DNA of 54,380 bases from a bacterium (GTDB taxonomy: Bacteria; Hinthialibacterota; Hinthialibacteria; Hinthialibacterales; Hinthialibacteraceae): the NCBI GenBank assembly GCA_963663405.2, contig CAXXSM010000017.1:1-54380 (forward strand), in the 5' to 3' direction. The stretch's first letter is position 1. Each line of letters opens with the position of its first letter. Both the position numbers and the translations under genes were made by a program. The notes under the pieces are model-generated. The model worked only from the letters and a program-made list of their open reading frames with translations, was not told the origin of the DNA and did not search any database. Below, one piece after another: positions 28,665-40,227 of the stretch.

Positions 28665-29441
28665 ATGATGAAAATAAGATTCCTCGTCTCCTGCGGCGCG
28701 CTGGTTCTGTTCTTGGCCTCGTCCGTTCAGAGCGCCGAACTGTTAATCATCGCTGATGAATGGCCTCAGATGGAAATCCTCGGCCGCTTTCTCGAAGAAA
28801 CCGCCGGGTATCAGGTCACAAAAGTAGAACAATCTGAATTTCCAAAGGACCTGAGTAGCTATGAAGCCGCCGTTGATTTTATCCACGGCGCGATGGACGG
28901 CCAGGTCGCTCAATCCCTTATCAATTTTACCAGGCAGGGGGGTCGATTGATCGTTCTCCACCATGCGATCTCCGGACGGAAACGAGAAACACCTGGATGG
29001 TTCCCATTTTTAGGTGTTAAACTCGACGGCGCGGCGGATTCGAAATGCAAATACACATGGATACACGACGTGGATTTCTCTTTCGTGAATTTGAATCCAA
29101 AGCATTACATCACGTCCCACAACGTTCAGTATTCTCAAACCATTGAATACCAGCCTTCCGACGCACCCAGTTCTCCCGCAGAGTTTCCCGCGCTCATGTT
29201 TCCCAAAAGCGAGGTCTTCGTGAACCATCAATTCATCGATGGCCGTGAAAAAACTGTATTGTTTGGATTCCGGTTCCAAGATCCCCAATCGAAGACTATC
29301 ATTATGCAGGACCGGTCCGGCTGGTATAAATCCGCCGGAAAAGGATGGGTTTTCTATCTTCATCCCGGTCACTTGGTTGCGGATTTCGAAAACCGCAACT
29401 ACCTCCAAATCATCTGGAACTGCCTGACTTGGAAACCATAA
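28665..29441 (+). CDS. Secreted ThuA-like (class I glutamine amidotransferase-like) domain protein
   Basis: Signal peptide, GGRLIVLHHA, GKGWVFYLHPGH, C-terminal W; RBS GGAG. Confidence 0.75.
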   Translation: MMKIRFLVSCGALVLFLASSVQSAELLIIADEWPQMEILGRFLEETAGYQVTKVEQSEFPKDLSSYEAAVDFIHGAMDGQVAQSLINFTRQGGRLIVLHHAISGRKRETPGWFPFLGVKLDGAADSKCKYTWIHDVDFSFVNLNPKHYITSHNVQYSQTIEYQPSDAPSSPAEFPALMFPKSEVFVNHQFIDGREKTVLFGFRFQDPQSKTIIMQDRSGWYKSAGKGWVFYLHPGHLVADFENRNYLQIIWNCLTWKP

Positions 29442-29562
29442 TTAAACAACCGCGGTCATTCACAAACTGCATTGCATGCTCATTATAGGCATGTTGTGAG
29501 TATTGTCAGTTTTTTATACGTATTATGCCACTGCAAATAGATAGATATAGAAAGGAAAATTG

Positions 29563-30248
29563 ATGATTCAAGCGGTGATTTTTGATATGGACGGCGTCTT
29601 GATTGACAGCGAACCATTGCATTGCAAAGCGGAAATCCACGCCCTGGGCGCGTTTGGACTGTCGCTTACGATAGAGGATATCAAACCATATGTTGGCGCG
29701 AACCGGGACACGTTCCGAAATGGATTAACAAAAAAGTTTGGTGTTCCCATCGATTGGGACGCAGTATTCGCAAAAAAGATGAACTCTTTTACACACTCAT
29801 TGAAGATGTCAAACCCATCCCCGGCGCGCTGCCTTTTGTTCGTGCGCTTAAAGAAGCCGGTTTCAAACTTGGAATGGCGACCAGCTCCCAGGAACGATTG
29901 GTTCAATTAATTGTCAAAAAATTCAATCTGGAACCATTGTTCGATACGGTCGTCTGCACTATCGATATCACGCACAGCAAGCCACACCCAGAAATTTTTC
30001 TCAAAACAGCGGATCGTCTCCACTTTGATCCTGTCGATTGCGCGGTCGTCGAAGATTCCATCAATGGTGTCGAAGCCGCGAAAGCGGCGGGTATGTACAC
30101 TATTGGATTGACGACAAGCTTTGCCCGTTCCCAATTATCAAAGGCGGATTGTATTATCGATTCGTTCGCGGAACTTAACGTGGATAAAATTCAATCCATG
30201 ACAACTGACGTTGTCGAAGAACCGTTTGATTGTGTTGATGTTTGCTAG
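29563..30248 (+). CDS. HAD-family phosphatase (beta-PGM/CbbY-like), frameshift at A-run ~29775
   Basis: IFDMDGVLIDSE in ORF 29560; ATSS, KPHPEIF, VEDSINGVEAAKAAGM in ORF 29622. Confidence 0.88.
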
Positions 30249-30252
30249 CAAA

Positions 30253-31054
30253 ATGACAAAAACAAGAAATATTAATAATACCATATTCTTATCACTATAC
30301 GCGGCCTGCATTCTTGCAGTATTGGGATCGTGCTCCATGAACCAAACCTTTGAACAACGTAATGATTCGCAGTTGCTCTCAGAATCCCGCCAATGCTGTG
30401 TGGTGACCACAGCGGATTGGGGCGAATCAGCTGGGATTTTGCGGGCGCTTCGAACGGCTCGCGCATCGATGATGATTGGCAAATCCTTGAACCGTCGATC
30501 CCTGTCGTTCTGGGCCGGAATGGACTCGCTTGGGGACGTGGGCTGCATCCACAAATTGACGCCGGCGCTCCCATGAAGAAAGAAGGCGATGGCAAATCCC
30601 CAGCCGGGATTTTTTCCCTGGGCCCTGCGTTTGGACGTGCTAGTGAAGTGAAATTCCCGATTCAATGGCCATATGAGCCACTTGTGGATGGAACCATCTG
30701 TGTGGATGATCCAAATTCTCATCTCTACAATCAACTAGTCAATGAAACAAACTCCACCGGTAAAGATTGGCAAAGCGCTGAACTCATGCGTGAAATCGTG
30801 CGAACCATACGAATGGGGGGTTGTCGTCGAACACAATCGCGATCCCATTGTTCCAGGCGGTGGTTCTTGCATTTTCCTGCACGTTTGGGGGGGACCGGAA
30901 TCCCGCACGGCTGGATGTACGGCGATGGAATCCGCGTTCATGCAGGAACTCATCACTTGGCTCGATCCAGGAGCGAAACCACTGCTTCGTGCAATTCCCC
31001 TATCCCGTCTACAAACAATTGCGTACCTCATGGAATTTGCCGGTTTTAGAATAA
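30253..31054 (+). CDS. L,D-transpeptidase (YkuD-like) family lipoprotein, several apparent frameshifts
   Basis: LGSC lipobox; PVVLGRNGLAWG, KKEGDGKSPAG, CVDDPNS..YN; GSCIFLHVW...TAGCTAM catalytic His/Cys; distributed over four overlapping ORFs. Confidence 0.8.
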
Positions 31055-31127
31055 TATGGCTGTAATTTAGCCGAATATTTTTTGGACGTTTCGATGTGAT
31101 GAATTCCTTAAAGAATGGATGATTCCA

Positions 31128-33076
31128 ATGAATCAATCTCCTTATTTCTCTCTTCTGATGGATACCACCCATCCGTTGCCGGATCCTTTGCCCATTTCAA
31201 GTCATTGGGACGGCTGGTCCGAGCACCGGTTTGGATTTGCGCCGATGGGATCAGCAAACCGATCGTTGCTACAATTCCACGGATGTTGAGATGATGGCCC
31301 AGGTGATTCGTCAAGGACGATTAGCGGCGGTACGAATTAACGGCGCGCATGTAAAAACCACCAGACCGTTTGCCCTTGGTGATTCGTTTTATTCGGGAAT
31401 CGATCGCAAAGAGCGAACGGAAACATGTTCGTATTCTTCTCGATCTAGGGGGACCGAAGATCCGGACACGGAACCAGGAGACCATTGAATTGATCCGGGA
31501 GCCGGTGGACCACCGGGCTCTGCTCAAACCGTGACGGATCGAGGTGATTATCAGCGTGTGGGCCAATCGTCCGGAATTCGATCACGATATCCCTGTCTTA
31601 CCGGTCAGTTACGCCGATTTGATTCAAGATGTGAAACCGGACGCGATCATCCGAATCGATGACGGCCAAGTCACATTATGGGTCGAAACGGTTGATTATG
31701 ACGCCGGATTCATTCACTGCCGAGTGATTCGGGGAGATCGCATCGAACCGAATAAGGGGCTCAATATTATTGGTTCGAGCATATCGGCTGCAAATCTCAC
31801 TCCAGACATGGATATCCCGCAGCTGGAGAGTATCATTTCTGAATTACCCACTGAATTATGGCCTGAGTTTATCTCCCTTTCTTTCGTGAAATCCGTTGAC
31901 GATATTCACCAGTTCAAGAGAGTCTTTCTTGAACTATGTCATCGCTATAACAAGGAGATCACCTGCGCGCCTGGCGTAATCGCGAAAATTGAGCGTTTCG
32001 AACTTTTCGATTATATAGAAGACGCCATTAAATTGGGGGATCAAACCAATACGGATCTTCTTACCTTTCTCAAGCGGCAAGCGGTTGAAACCTGCCTGGG
32101 GGATCGTTTCCCATATTGCTTGGATTCAACGCAACAATCGAATTTTGATTATGATCAGATCTATGCTGAGATGGAACAGCGCAATTTAATGCCGTCATCC
32201 TCGCGCTTGAGTCTATTGAGAATGAAACCAGGACGTGTGATTCGCGGTTTATATTCCTTGCGTGAAATTCTACGATTATGAGTGAAGTGGATGGGGTAAT
32301 GTATGCGCGGGGTGACCTGACCGTGGAAATTGACTCGAGACGAACCGCGGTCCTGCGGATTTCTTTCAAATGTGCGCCCTTCGGATGGGATCTTCCATAT
32401 CATTGCGACCGATATTCTTCCCAGTCTTCGAACCGAAACGAGAATTTCCGCCGCCGAAGGGGAGGCTCTGGCCAATCTCGTGCGGGTAAGGCCCTCCGTT
32501 ATTATGGCCAGCAACGAGATCGCTGTCGGCCGGGATCCTGTGTATACCGTTCAAGAGATTTATTATTCCATCGTCTATCTCTTAAGCGCTCTCTTCGGAC
32601 CCGATCCTGTGCAAATGCTGACGGAAAGCTATGTGCGGCGAATCCAGCGATACGGCCCGATACGTTAATCAGCCGTCAACGCGGCAGAATCCGTTATGCC
32701 ATTGATATGTTGAACCAGCAGGAGAAAACGGTGGAGAGCGGTTTGGAGAATCAGGCTGGAATGATTAAAACCAATCGCCGCGAAGATATATGTGCTATTA
32801 GACAGGTTTGAGCGGCGCGATCCTTTTTCACGAACTCCTAGCGAGCGCCTCGTGACGTGGGTCTCCTCGGAGCGTCCCGACGCTCCTATTATCCCGGTCC
32901 GGATCGGAGATGAACACTCCGCGCCTGCCTTTATGATTGGGGAGTTCGGCCGGCTATTACACTTCCTAAATCGTTATCCAGCGTCGTCGATCATCCGCTC
33001 CTTCTCTTCATGCGCTGGTTCAAGTCGGCGCCGCCACACCGGGGGAGAAATGCCTCGTGATCTGGATGGGGAATAA
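31128..33076 (+). CDS. Divergent pyruvate kinase-like protein, multiply frameshifted; ends uncertain
   Basis: Colinear PK motifs: KPIVATIP, VRINGAH, LLDLGGPKIRT, IDDG, NKGLNI, LSFVKS..DI, IAKIE, DGVMYARGDL, IIATDIL, IMASNEIAVGRDP. Confidence 0.7.
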
Positions 33077-33286
33077 AGAGGATCTTCAGATCTACTTCGG
33101 TGAAGCGCCGTAAAATATTCGTGAAACACAGATGGACACCGTCAGCCGGGAATCGGTCGATTCCCGTTGTCTCTGTTCTCCCCCCCTATATCTTTTTAAT
33201 TCATTTTTTGATACTCTATTTTTTCAAAGGCGTATCGCCTAAAAGCGTTCATTATATTGAATCATTTAAAAACCGTGAGGATCACT

Positions 33287-36200
33287 ATGTTAAAACGGCT
33301 CATTATTATTTTATCCGTGTGTGTTTTTTCTTCATTTTGTCTTGATCGTCTAGGACGCAAAAACAGTTTCAAAAGAGAAACGCGAGGTAGCCATTGTCAG
33401 TCCTCAAAATTCTTCATTCCAGAGACACTCGCCGCGCGGGAAATCCGCCGGTATCTCTATCTCCGCTCCGGCGCGCTGGTTTCTATCAAGCAGATGAAAT
33501 CCCAAAAAAAGGATCTCATCCCTCGCTACAAGATCAGCGATTCAGGAGATTTGATTCCCGCCGCCTATGGAGATCCCTTCGCCCCAGGAATCGATTTGAT
33601 CGCGATCGGAAACAAAGACCGGGCTTTCGCGGATGAATTCAACGCGCCTCCTAGTGTCAAAGAAAGCATTGCCGCTCTCAAACCGCAGCAATATAGAATT
33701 GTGACCATCCAATCTGGAGACCGTAATGTGCTTCTAATTGCTGGAGGCGATGGAGCGGGCACACTATACGGCGCCTACCGTTTCGCGGAGCGCATCGGCG
33801 CGCGGTTCTATATGCACGGAGACGTGATCCCCGATAAACAAATGGAATTAACGTTGCCCCTGCTGGACGAAACAGCCGCGCCACTGTTTGAACTTCGCGG
33901 GCTCCACCCCTTTCATGATTTCCCCGAAGGGCCGGATTGGTGGAATATCGATGAATACAAAGCCATTCTCAGCCAAATCCCCAAGATGGGAATGAACTTT
34001 TCGCTCTTCATACATATCCTGAAAAACACCCCAACGCCGAACCAACAACTTGGATCGGTTTGCCACAAGACATAGGTGAAAATGGCGAGGTGAAATTCAG
34101 CTATCCCTCATCGTATCAGAACACCCAACGGGGCAATTGGGGGTACGAACCCAAGATGACAAGTGAATATTCCTTCGGCGCCGGAATTCTATTTGACCGG
34201 GATGTATACGGTCCCGATGTGATGGGGGATGCTTTACCGCGCCCCGAAACGCTGGAAGAATGCAACGAAGTATTCAATCAAACGGGCCGCATGCTGCGGG
34301 ATGCGTTCCAACAACGCCCGCAAGTTGGGAATTAAAACATGCATCGGAACGGAAACACCACTTACGATTCCTGAAAAAGTTAAAAAACACCTGGAAGAGA
34401 TGGGGATGGATCCAACCGATCCTGCCATTGTGCTCGAATTGTACAAAGGAATATTCCAGCGCATCAAAGAGACGCACCCGCTCGATTATTATTGGTTCTG
34501 GACGCCGGAAGGCTGGACTTGGCAGGGTGAATCCGATGAGGAGGTAAACGCGGTTAAACAAGATTTACTTACTGCTATTGCAGCCGCAAAAGCGGTCCAG
34601 GCTCCTTTCACACTCGCCACCTGCGGATGGGTGCTGGGACCAATGAATAATCGCTCGCTTTTCGATAAGTTCTTACCAAAAGAAATGCCAATGAGCTGTA
34701 TCAACCGGGAGGTAGGCAAAGCCCCGGTGGAGCGGGGATTCATGGATGTGAAAGCGCGTCCAAAATGGGCGATCCCCTGGCTCGAAGACGATCCTGCCCT
34801 CACTTCACCGCAGCTATGGGCTGGACGAATGCGGGCCGACGCTGTTGACGCGTTAAACTACGGCTGTACAGGTCTGATGGGGATCTTCTGGCGTACCCGC
34901 ATTCTTGGTCCAAACGTCTCCGCCTTATCCAAAGCGGCTTGGAGGATGGACGAATGGGCGCGCCCCCGCTTAAACGCGAAAATTGTTAGGACCGAAGGGC
35001 CGGTCGGTGGCGCTCACGCGTCGTTCAACGACACGCAAATCACCGGCGCCAAGGAGGAGACTCTCTACAAAACGGTTCGCTATGGAATGAGCGCCTATCA
35101 TTTCAAAGTACCCAATGGAACGTATAACGTCACCTTAAAATTCTGTGAATCGGCGTATAAAGAAAAAGGCAAACGTATCTTCAGCGTCAAAACTGCAGGG
35201 CAGGGAAGTCCTCTCCAAACTAGACATTTTTGAAGCCGCCGGTCCAAATACGGCGCTGGATTACACGCTATCCAGCGTCCAAGTGAATGATGGCTGGCTC
35301 GATATTCAATTCATCCCGCTAAAAGACCATCCCTGTGTCGCCGCGATTTACATCCATTCAAACGAATACGATAAGCGAATAAATTGCGGTGGGCCGGAAT
35401 ACGAAGAATACCAGGCGGATTGGCCTCCGACGGAAAATGTTTCACGCGATCTCGCAAGTGAGGACTTCTACCTTGATTGGGCGGCGCATCTGTTTGGAAC
35501 TAAAGCGGCGGAACCGGTCGCGGCGCTGTTCAAAGAAATCGATGGCAAACTCCCCCGCCCCTCAGACTGGGTGAACGGCCCGGGTGGAATAAAACCGGAT
35601 AAACGGCCATGGAAGGAAGTCCAAAAAGAATACGATTTCGTGGACCAGCTGGCGAAACTCCAGTCCCGTGTGAGAGGGAAGGGAAACCGCGAACGCTTCG
35701 ATTATTGGCTGAATAACTTTCGCTTCATGAAAGTGAACGCAAAGGTGAATTGTCTCTGGCATGAATTTAATGAGGCGATGAAACAGGTGAAAGAAGAAGA
35801 GGAATCCAAACAAGCCCGGCTGGCGCGGCGGCTCGCGCTTCCCTTACGTAAAAAACTTGTCAAAGCGGTTGGGAAGGTCTATGAATATCTGTTACCGACA
35901 GTAACGACGACTGGTGAACTGGGAACTCTCGTGAATTGGGAACAACATATCCTGCCTTCACTAATTACGGCGCCAGGAGAGGAACTTGAACAAATTCTTG
36001 GAAAACCACTTCCCCCAAACGCGCATCTCCCAATGGAGTACAAAGGCGAAGCGCGCGTCTTCGTTCCCAACGCCCGGACCAGCGTCTCATCGGATGAAAC
36101 GGTCTCTCTCCGTGTGATCGTTTTAGATAAAAGACCGGCGCGGGGTGGCGCGCTCCATTGGAGAGAAATGGGCGTAGGAGAATTTCAAGATGTTCCATTA

Positions 36201-36362
36201 ATCCACATCAACCGGGGTGTCTATACAGTTCAATTTCCACCGGAAGCGTTGACCGTTTCGCATTTGGAATATTTCATCGAAGTCAAAACAGACAGTGGCC
36301 GGAGAATTTCGTTCCCTCCCACCGCACCCGAACTCAATCAAACTCTTGTCGTCGTTCCATAG
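33287..36362 (+). CDS. Large secreted glycoside-hydrolase-like protein with a malectin domain, several apparent frameshifts
   Basis: Signal peptide; GGDGAGTLYGAY...P.FELRG (GH20/GH67/GH115-type N-domain); malectin-like YKTVRYG...VPNGTYNVTLKFCE...RIFSV; pieces 33257, 34060, 34229, 35145. Confidence 0.7.
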
Positions 36363-36555
36363 AAGGATGACCGAAAGTAATTTTTCTTAGACGTTTTTGC
36401 TTCTACATGCGTGTATCGCTAGAATATCTCCTTTATTCTCTGTAAACTAAATCTTTTACTCTTTATCTTTCCGATTTTTGTGAAGAGAAACAAACACAAT
36501 CGAGAGCGCCATCGAAACGCCCTTGAAATCATCATTATATAAAGGAGCCCTTGTA

Positions 36556-37530
36556 ATGACTGACCAAGCGCCTTGGATTACTTGTCGCCCCCAAATCAAA
36601 GTCTTGGACTGCACGATACGGGACGGCGGTCTAGTAAACGATTCAAAATTCTCCGATGATTTTGTCCGCGCCGTCTATAAAACATGTCTTGAGGCGGGAA
36701 TCGATTATATGGAGATCGGGTATAAGAATTCGAAAAAATTATTCCCCCCCGATCAATTCGGGCCGTGGAGACATTGTGATGAAGAGGATATCCGCCGGAT
36801 CGTAGGCGACAACGATACGCCAATGAAACTCTCCGCGATGGCCGACTGTGGGAAAAGTGATTGGCAAACCGATATTGTGCCCAAAGAGCAAAGTCCCCTG
36901 GATGTGATTCGCGTCGCTTGCTACGTGCATCAAATTTCCGAAGCGGTTGAGATGATTCATGACGCGAGTGAAAAAGGGTATGAAGTCACCTGTAATATCA
37001 TGGCCATCTCTGTCGCGCAGGACGCCGAGATCGACCAAGCTCTTGAAGCGGTCGCTCCAACTCCCGCGTCTACGATCGTCATCGTCGATAGTTTCGGCGC
37101 GCTCTATTCGGAGCAGATCCGAAATCTTGTGCATCGATACAAAAAAGCTGTGGAAGGCACTGGAAAAGAAATCGGGATTCACGCCCATAACAACCAACAA
37201 CTCGCTTTCGCCAACACAATTGAAGCGATCATTCAAGGTGCGAACCGGATCGATGGCACCATGGCGGGAATGGGGCGCGGCGCCGGGAATTGCCCGATGG
37301 AATTATTGTTAGGATTTCTAAGAAACCCGAAATTCAAAATGCGTCCAATCTGGCAGCTGCTTCAAGATCATTTTGTTAAACTGCAAGAAAGCCTCGAATG
37401 GGGAGCGTTGCCTCAGTACAACATTTCAGGACAGTTGAATCAGCATCCACGAGCCGCGATCGCCGCCCGTTCCAGTGATCAAAAAGACAAGTATGTCGAT
37501 TTCTATGAGAAAAGCATGGCGGATATTTGA
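36556..37530 (+). CDS. HMGL-like / DRE-TIM metallolyase (4-hydroxy-2-oxovalerate aldolase-like catalytic domain)
   Basis: LDCTIRDGG, IVDSFG, GIHAHNNQQLAFAN, GMGRGAGNCPME; RBS AAGGAG before 36556. Confidence 0.88.
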   Translation: MTDQAPWITCRPQIKVLDCTIRDGGLVNDSKFSDDFVRAVYKTCLEAGIDYMEIGYKNSKKLFPPDQFGPWRHCDEEDIRRIVGDNDTPMKLSAMADCGKSDWQTDIVPKEQSPLDVIRVACYVHQISEAVEMIHDASEKGYEVTCNIMAISVAQDAEIDQALEAVAPTPASTIVIVDSFGALYSEQIRNLVHRYKKAVEGTGKEIGIHAHNNQQLAFANTIEAIIQGANRIDGTMAGMGRGAGNCPMELLLGFLRNPKFKMRPIWQLLQDHFVKLQESLEWGALPQYNISGQLNQHPRAAIAARSSDQKDKYVDFYEKSMADI

Positions 37531-37574
37531 CTAAAAAACTGAGTTATCCCCAGGATTGAAATCCTATTTTCTTT

Positions 37575-37621
37575 TGTCCCGGAGGGACATCTTGTAGTAG
37601 CCCAGCCTTTCAAGGCTGGGC
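37575..37621 (+). repeat. REP-like double hairpin (GTAG-type)
   Basis: TGTCCC-GGA-GGGACA, then GTAG leading into GCCCAGCCTT-TC-AAGGCTGGGC; lies between convergent genes. Confidence 0.65.
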
Positions 37622-37701
37622 GAACATGGTTCAGCAATCTTTTATGAAAAGGAAATAATTTTTGCTTTACGTAATCATTGACCGGATGAACCTTATTTTA
37701 T

Positions 37702-38516
37702 TTAGATTGTGCTGATATCCCGCCGCGTGAACGCGAGCATTCCCGCAATCCAAAGCCCAACACTCAAACTCAACAAGATCAGCATATCATGAAACGCTGT
37801 CGACACGCCCCGCACGATCAAGAATGGCTGATAATAGTGGATAATACTGAGAAACGAGATTGTTTTAATCGCGCTCCAAAAGGGTTCCAACGTGTGAATT
37901 AAATACGAGAACGCCACAATCCCGAATGTGATTCCTATCGCCATACTCCGCCGGTTGCACAACGCGGATGTCAGCGAGGCTAGGCTCCCAATCACTAGAT
38001 TGACGGCGAATAGATTCACACCGAGTATCCAAAGGCGCTCCAGAGGAATCCGGTGTTCTGGATTGTTGAAAAGTCCTCCGATTAAATTCCCCATCATCGC
38101 CATCACAATAAGAAAGAATCCCGTTCCCAACCAGATTCCTGTTTCAGTCAGGTGAATCCTAACCGGGAAACCGGTTGACTGAAGAGCACATCGATTGTGC
38201 CACTCTCGATTTCACCGGCGGGAATGCGGCTCCAATACACAATAGCGTGCGCCCACAACAAGGTCAGTGGCAGAGGATGCACCCATGAGAACGCCGCGAT
38301 CGCCGCCGATCCAAGTGACTGTCCCACAGAATCGCCAAACAATCCTTTCACAATCGCCTGCATAAACGCCATCCTTAAAAAACGCTCCGATAATTCGGTA
38401 AAGATGATCGGCGCGATATAGGAAAGCAGAATATGAAATCCAGCTATACCCAATCCAAACAGGATTGTGAATAATCTCACTTCCCGGAAAATTTTGCTTG
38501 CAAGACCACAATTCAT
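37702..38516 (-). CDS. ABC-2 type transporter permease (frameshift ~38150)
   Basis: AGEIESGTIDVLFSQPVSR, multiple TM segments, LSIIHYY.P, FTRRDI C-terminus; RBS AGGAGA. Confidence 0.85.
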
Positions 38517-38536
38517 TGGATTATCGTTTCTCCTAT

Positions 38537-38560
38537 GGAGCGCGGGCGTCCCCGCCCGCA
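38537..38560 (+). repeat. Short GC-rich REP-like palindrome
   Basis: GGAG-C-GCGGGCG-TCCC-CGCCCGC between the ABC ATPase and permease genes. Confidence 0.45.
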
Positions 38561-38581
38561 ATTATTTCGTTATAAAGTTAA

Positions 38582-39487
38582 CTATTGTTCCTCTTGGGAT
38601 TCCCGCGAATACGAATAAAAATCCCGGAAAACGCGGTTCATATCCGCGTCCCCAATCGAAAGATTCTCAATCGGCTGTTCTGCGCTCCAGCGGATCAATT
38701 CCATTAGATCACCCGTCAGCGCAGCCTGCCATTGCCGGTCTGTCCGGTTTTGTATAGTAAGGAATTCAGGCGGAGGGAAGGTATCTGGATTCACGTTGGA
38801 ATCCCATTGGATCGTAATCGGCCGCACGGCGCGGGCCCGCAGTTCCTCCACCGTTTCAACCGTGGCGAGTTGACCTTCCCGTAAAATAGCGATGATTTCA
38901 CAAAGCTGTTCCACTTCGCTAAGCGTATGGCTCGAGAAAAAAATCGTGTGTCCCGCAGAGGCGAGAGAACGGAGACGATCGTAGAGACGGTCTTGCATCA
39001 ATGGATCGAGCGCCGTCGTCGGTTCATCCAAAATCAACAAACGAGGATTCGGCGCCAACGCGAGGATCAAGCCCAATTTCTGCCGCATCCCCCGCGACAT
39101 TTCCCGCACGGGAACATCCGGATCGAGTTCAAATTCCCCGGCGAGTTCTTCATATCGTCCGCTTAGGTCGCGTTTTCGCATTGGGCCAAAAATCCGCGCC
39201 GCTCGCCTGCATGTCAGCCAGGGATATAATCGCAGGTCACCAGGAAGATATCCAGTTTCCGCCTTGATCCGCCGGCTGTGCCGCCAGCAATCCCACCCGA
39301 AAATCTTCGCTCCACCCCCCGTAGGCTTTAACAGGCCAAGAAGAAGCCGAATCATCGTCGTTTTCCCCGATCCATTCGGTCCGAGAATCCCAAACAATGT
39401 TCCTTCCTCCACATGCAAATCGATTCGATCAATCGCGTTCCGGCGCCCGTATTGCTTCGTCAATTGTTCAATACTAATTACACTCAT
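38582..39487 (-). CDS. ABC-2 type transporter ATP-binding protein
   Basis: GPNGSGKTT, MSRGMRQK, ILDEPT, SSH. Confidence 0.95.
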   Translation of the reverse strand: MSVISIEQLTKQYGRRNAIDRIDLHVEEGTLFGILGPNGSGKTTMIRLLLGLLKPTGGGAKIFGWDCWRHSRRIKAETGYLPGDLRLYPWLTCRRAARIFGPMRKRDLSGRYEELAGEFELDPDVPVREMSRGMRQKLGLILALAPNPRLLILDEPTTALDPLMQDRLYDRLRSLASAGHTIFFSSHTLSEVEQLCEIIAILREGQLATVETVEELRARAVRPITIQWDSNVNPDTFPPPEFLTIQNRTDRQWQAALTGDLMELIRWSAEQPIENLSIGDADMNRVFRDFYSYSRESQEEQ

Positions 39488-39577
39488 TCACCATTTCCAA
39501 ATTCATCATGATTTTTCAATGTAATTACGACTATATTAAGGACTTCATTTCAGATCAAGAATGCGGTGTATCTTTTA

Positions 39578-39675
39578 ATTTATATGAAAATGAGTTCCTA
39601 AGGGTTACTCGTTCGAGATTTCTCTCATAACTCATTTTCATTTGCAGTTGTGATCGCAATCATGATGGTTTATAT
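39578..39675 (+). repeat. Dispersed ~100-bp element with 12-bp inverted repeat, copy 2
   Basis: ATGAAAATGAGT (39584-39595)-N34-ACTCATTTTCAT (39630-39641) plus tail GTTGTGATCGCAATCATGATGGTTTATAT. Confidence 0.8.
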
Positions 39676-40227
39676 AGAATTCTGTTTTTAATGTATATAT
39701 TCGTGAAAAAGTCAGATTCCAGACTTTGCTAAAATCGAATTTCCTTTCTTTTTATCGATAGCATTTTTGTTTTTAAAATAGCTATAATGATTTAGAGTAA
39801 TAGTATAATAGTACAATAAACTATTTTGTCAAGATATTTTTTTTATAATTTGATTTGTAATAACTTATCGAATTATAGTTAATGTAATATTATAAGTTTC
39901 CTTCACTTTTTCTGAATGAAGAGTATTTTAAAAATCCGGTTGTCATCCATTTTTTTTGTGATAAAGTATTACATAGTATTTCATAGTTTTAATTAAAGAT
40001 AAATTATTTTAATGTATTTTCCATGTTAAAAGACGGTTAAAAACTAATTTGGCTACAACGATTTGCATGATATAATTCAGCATGGCGTAGTGAGTTAATT
40101 GCTACAGATGAACCCCATCGCAAGGGAGATGAATGAGATGAGAGCCGATCGCGTTGATGGAATATTCAATCCTAGTCAAACAACTACAATGCGTGATTCT
40201 TTATATTTAAAAATACAACCGATAGAA

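Noticed and set aside
29760-29790. Programmed frameshifting or phase variation at the A-run in the HAD gene
   Set aside because: One of many indels in the same block; sequencing error is more parsimonious.
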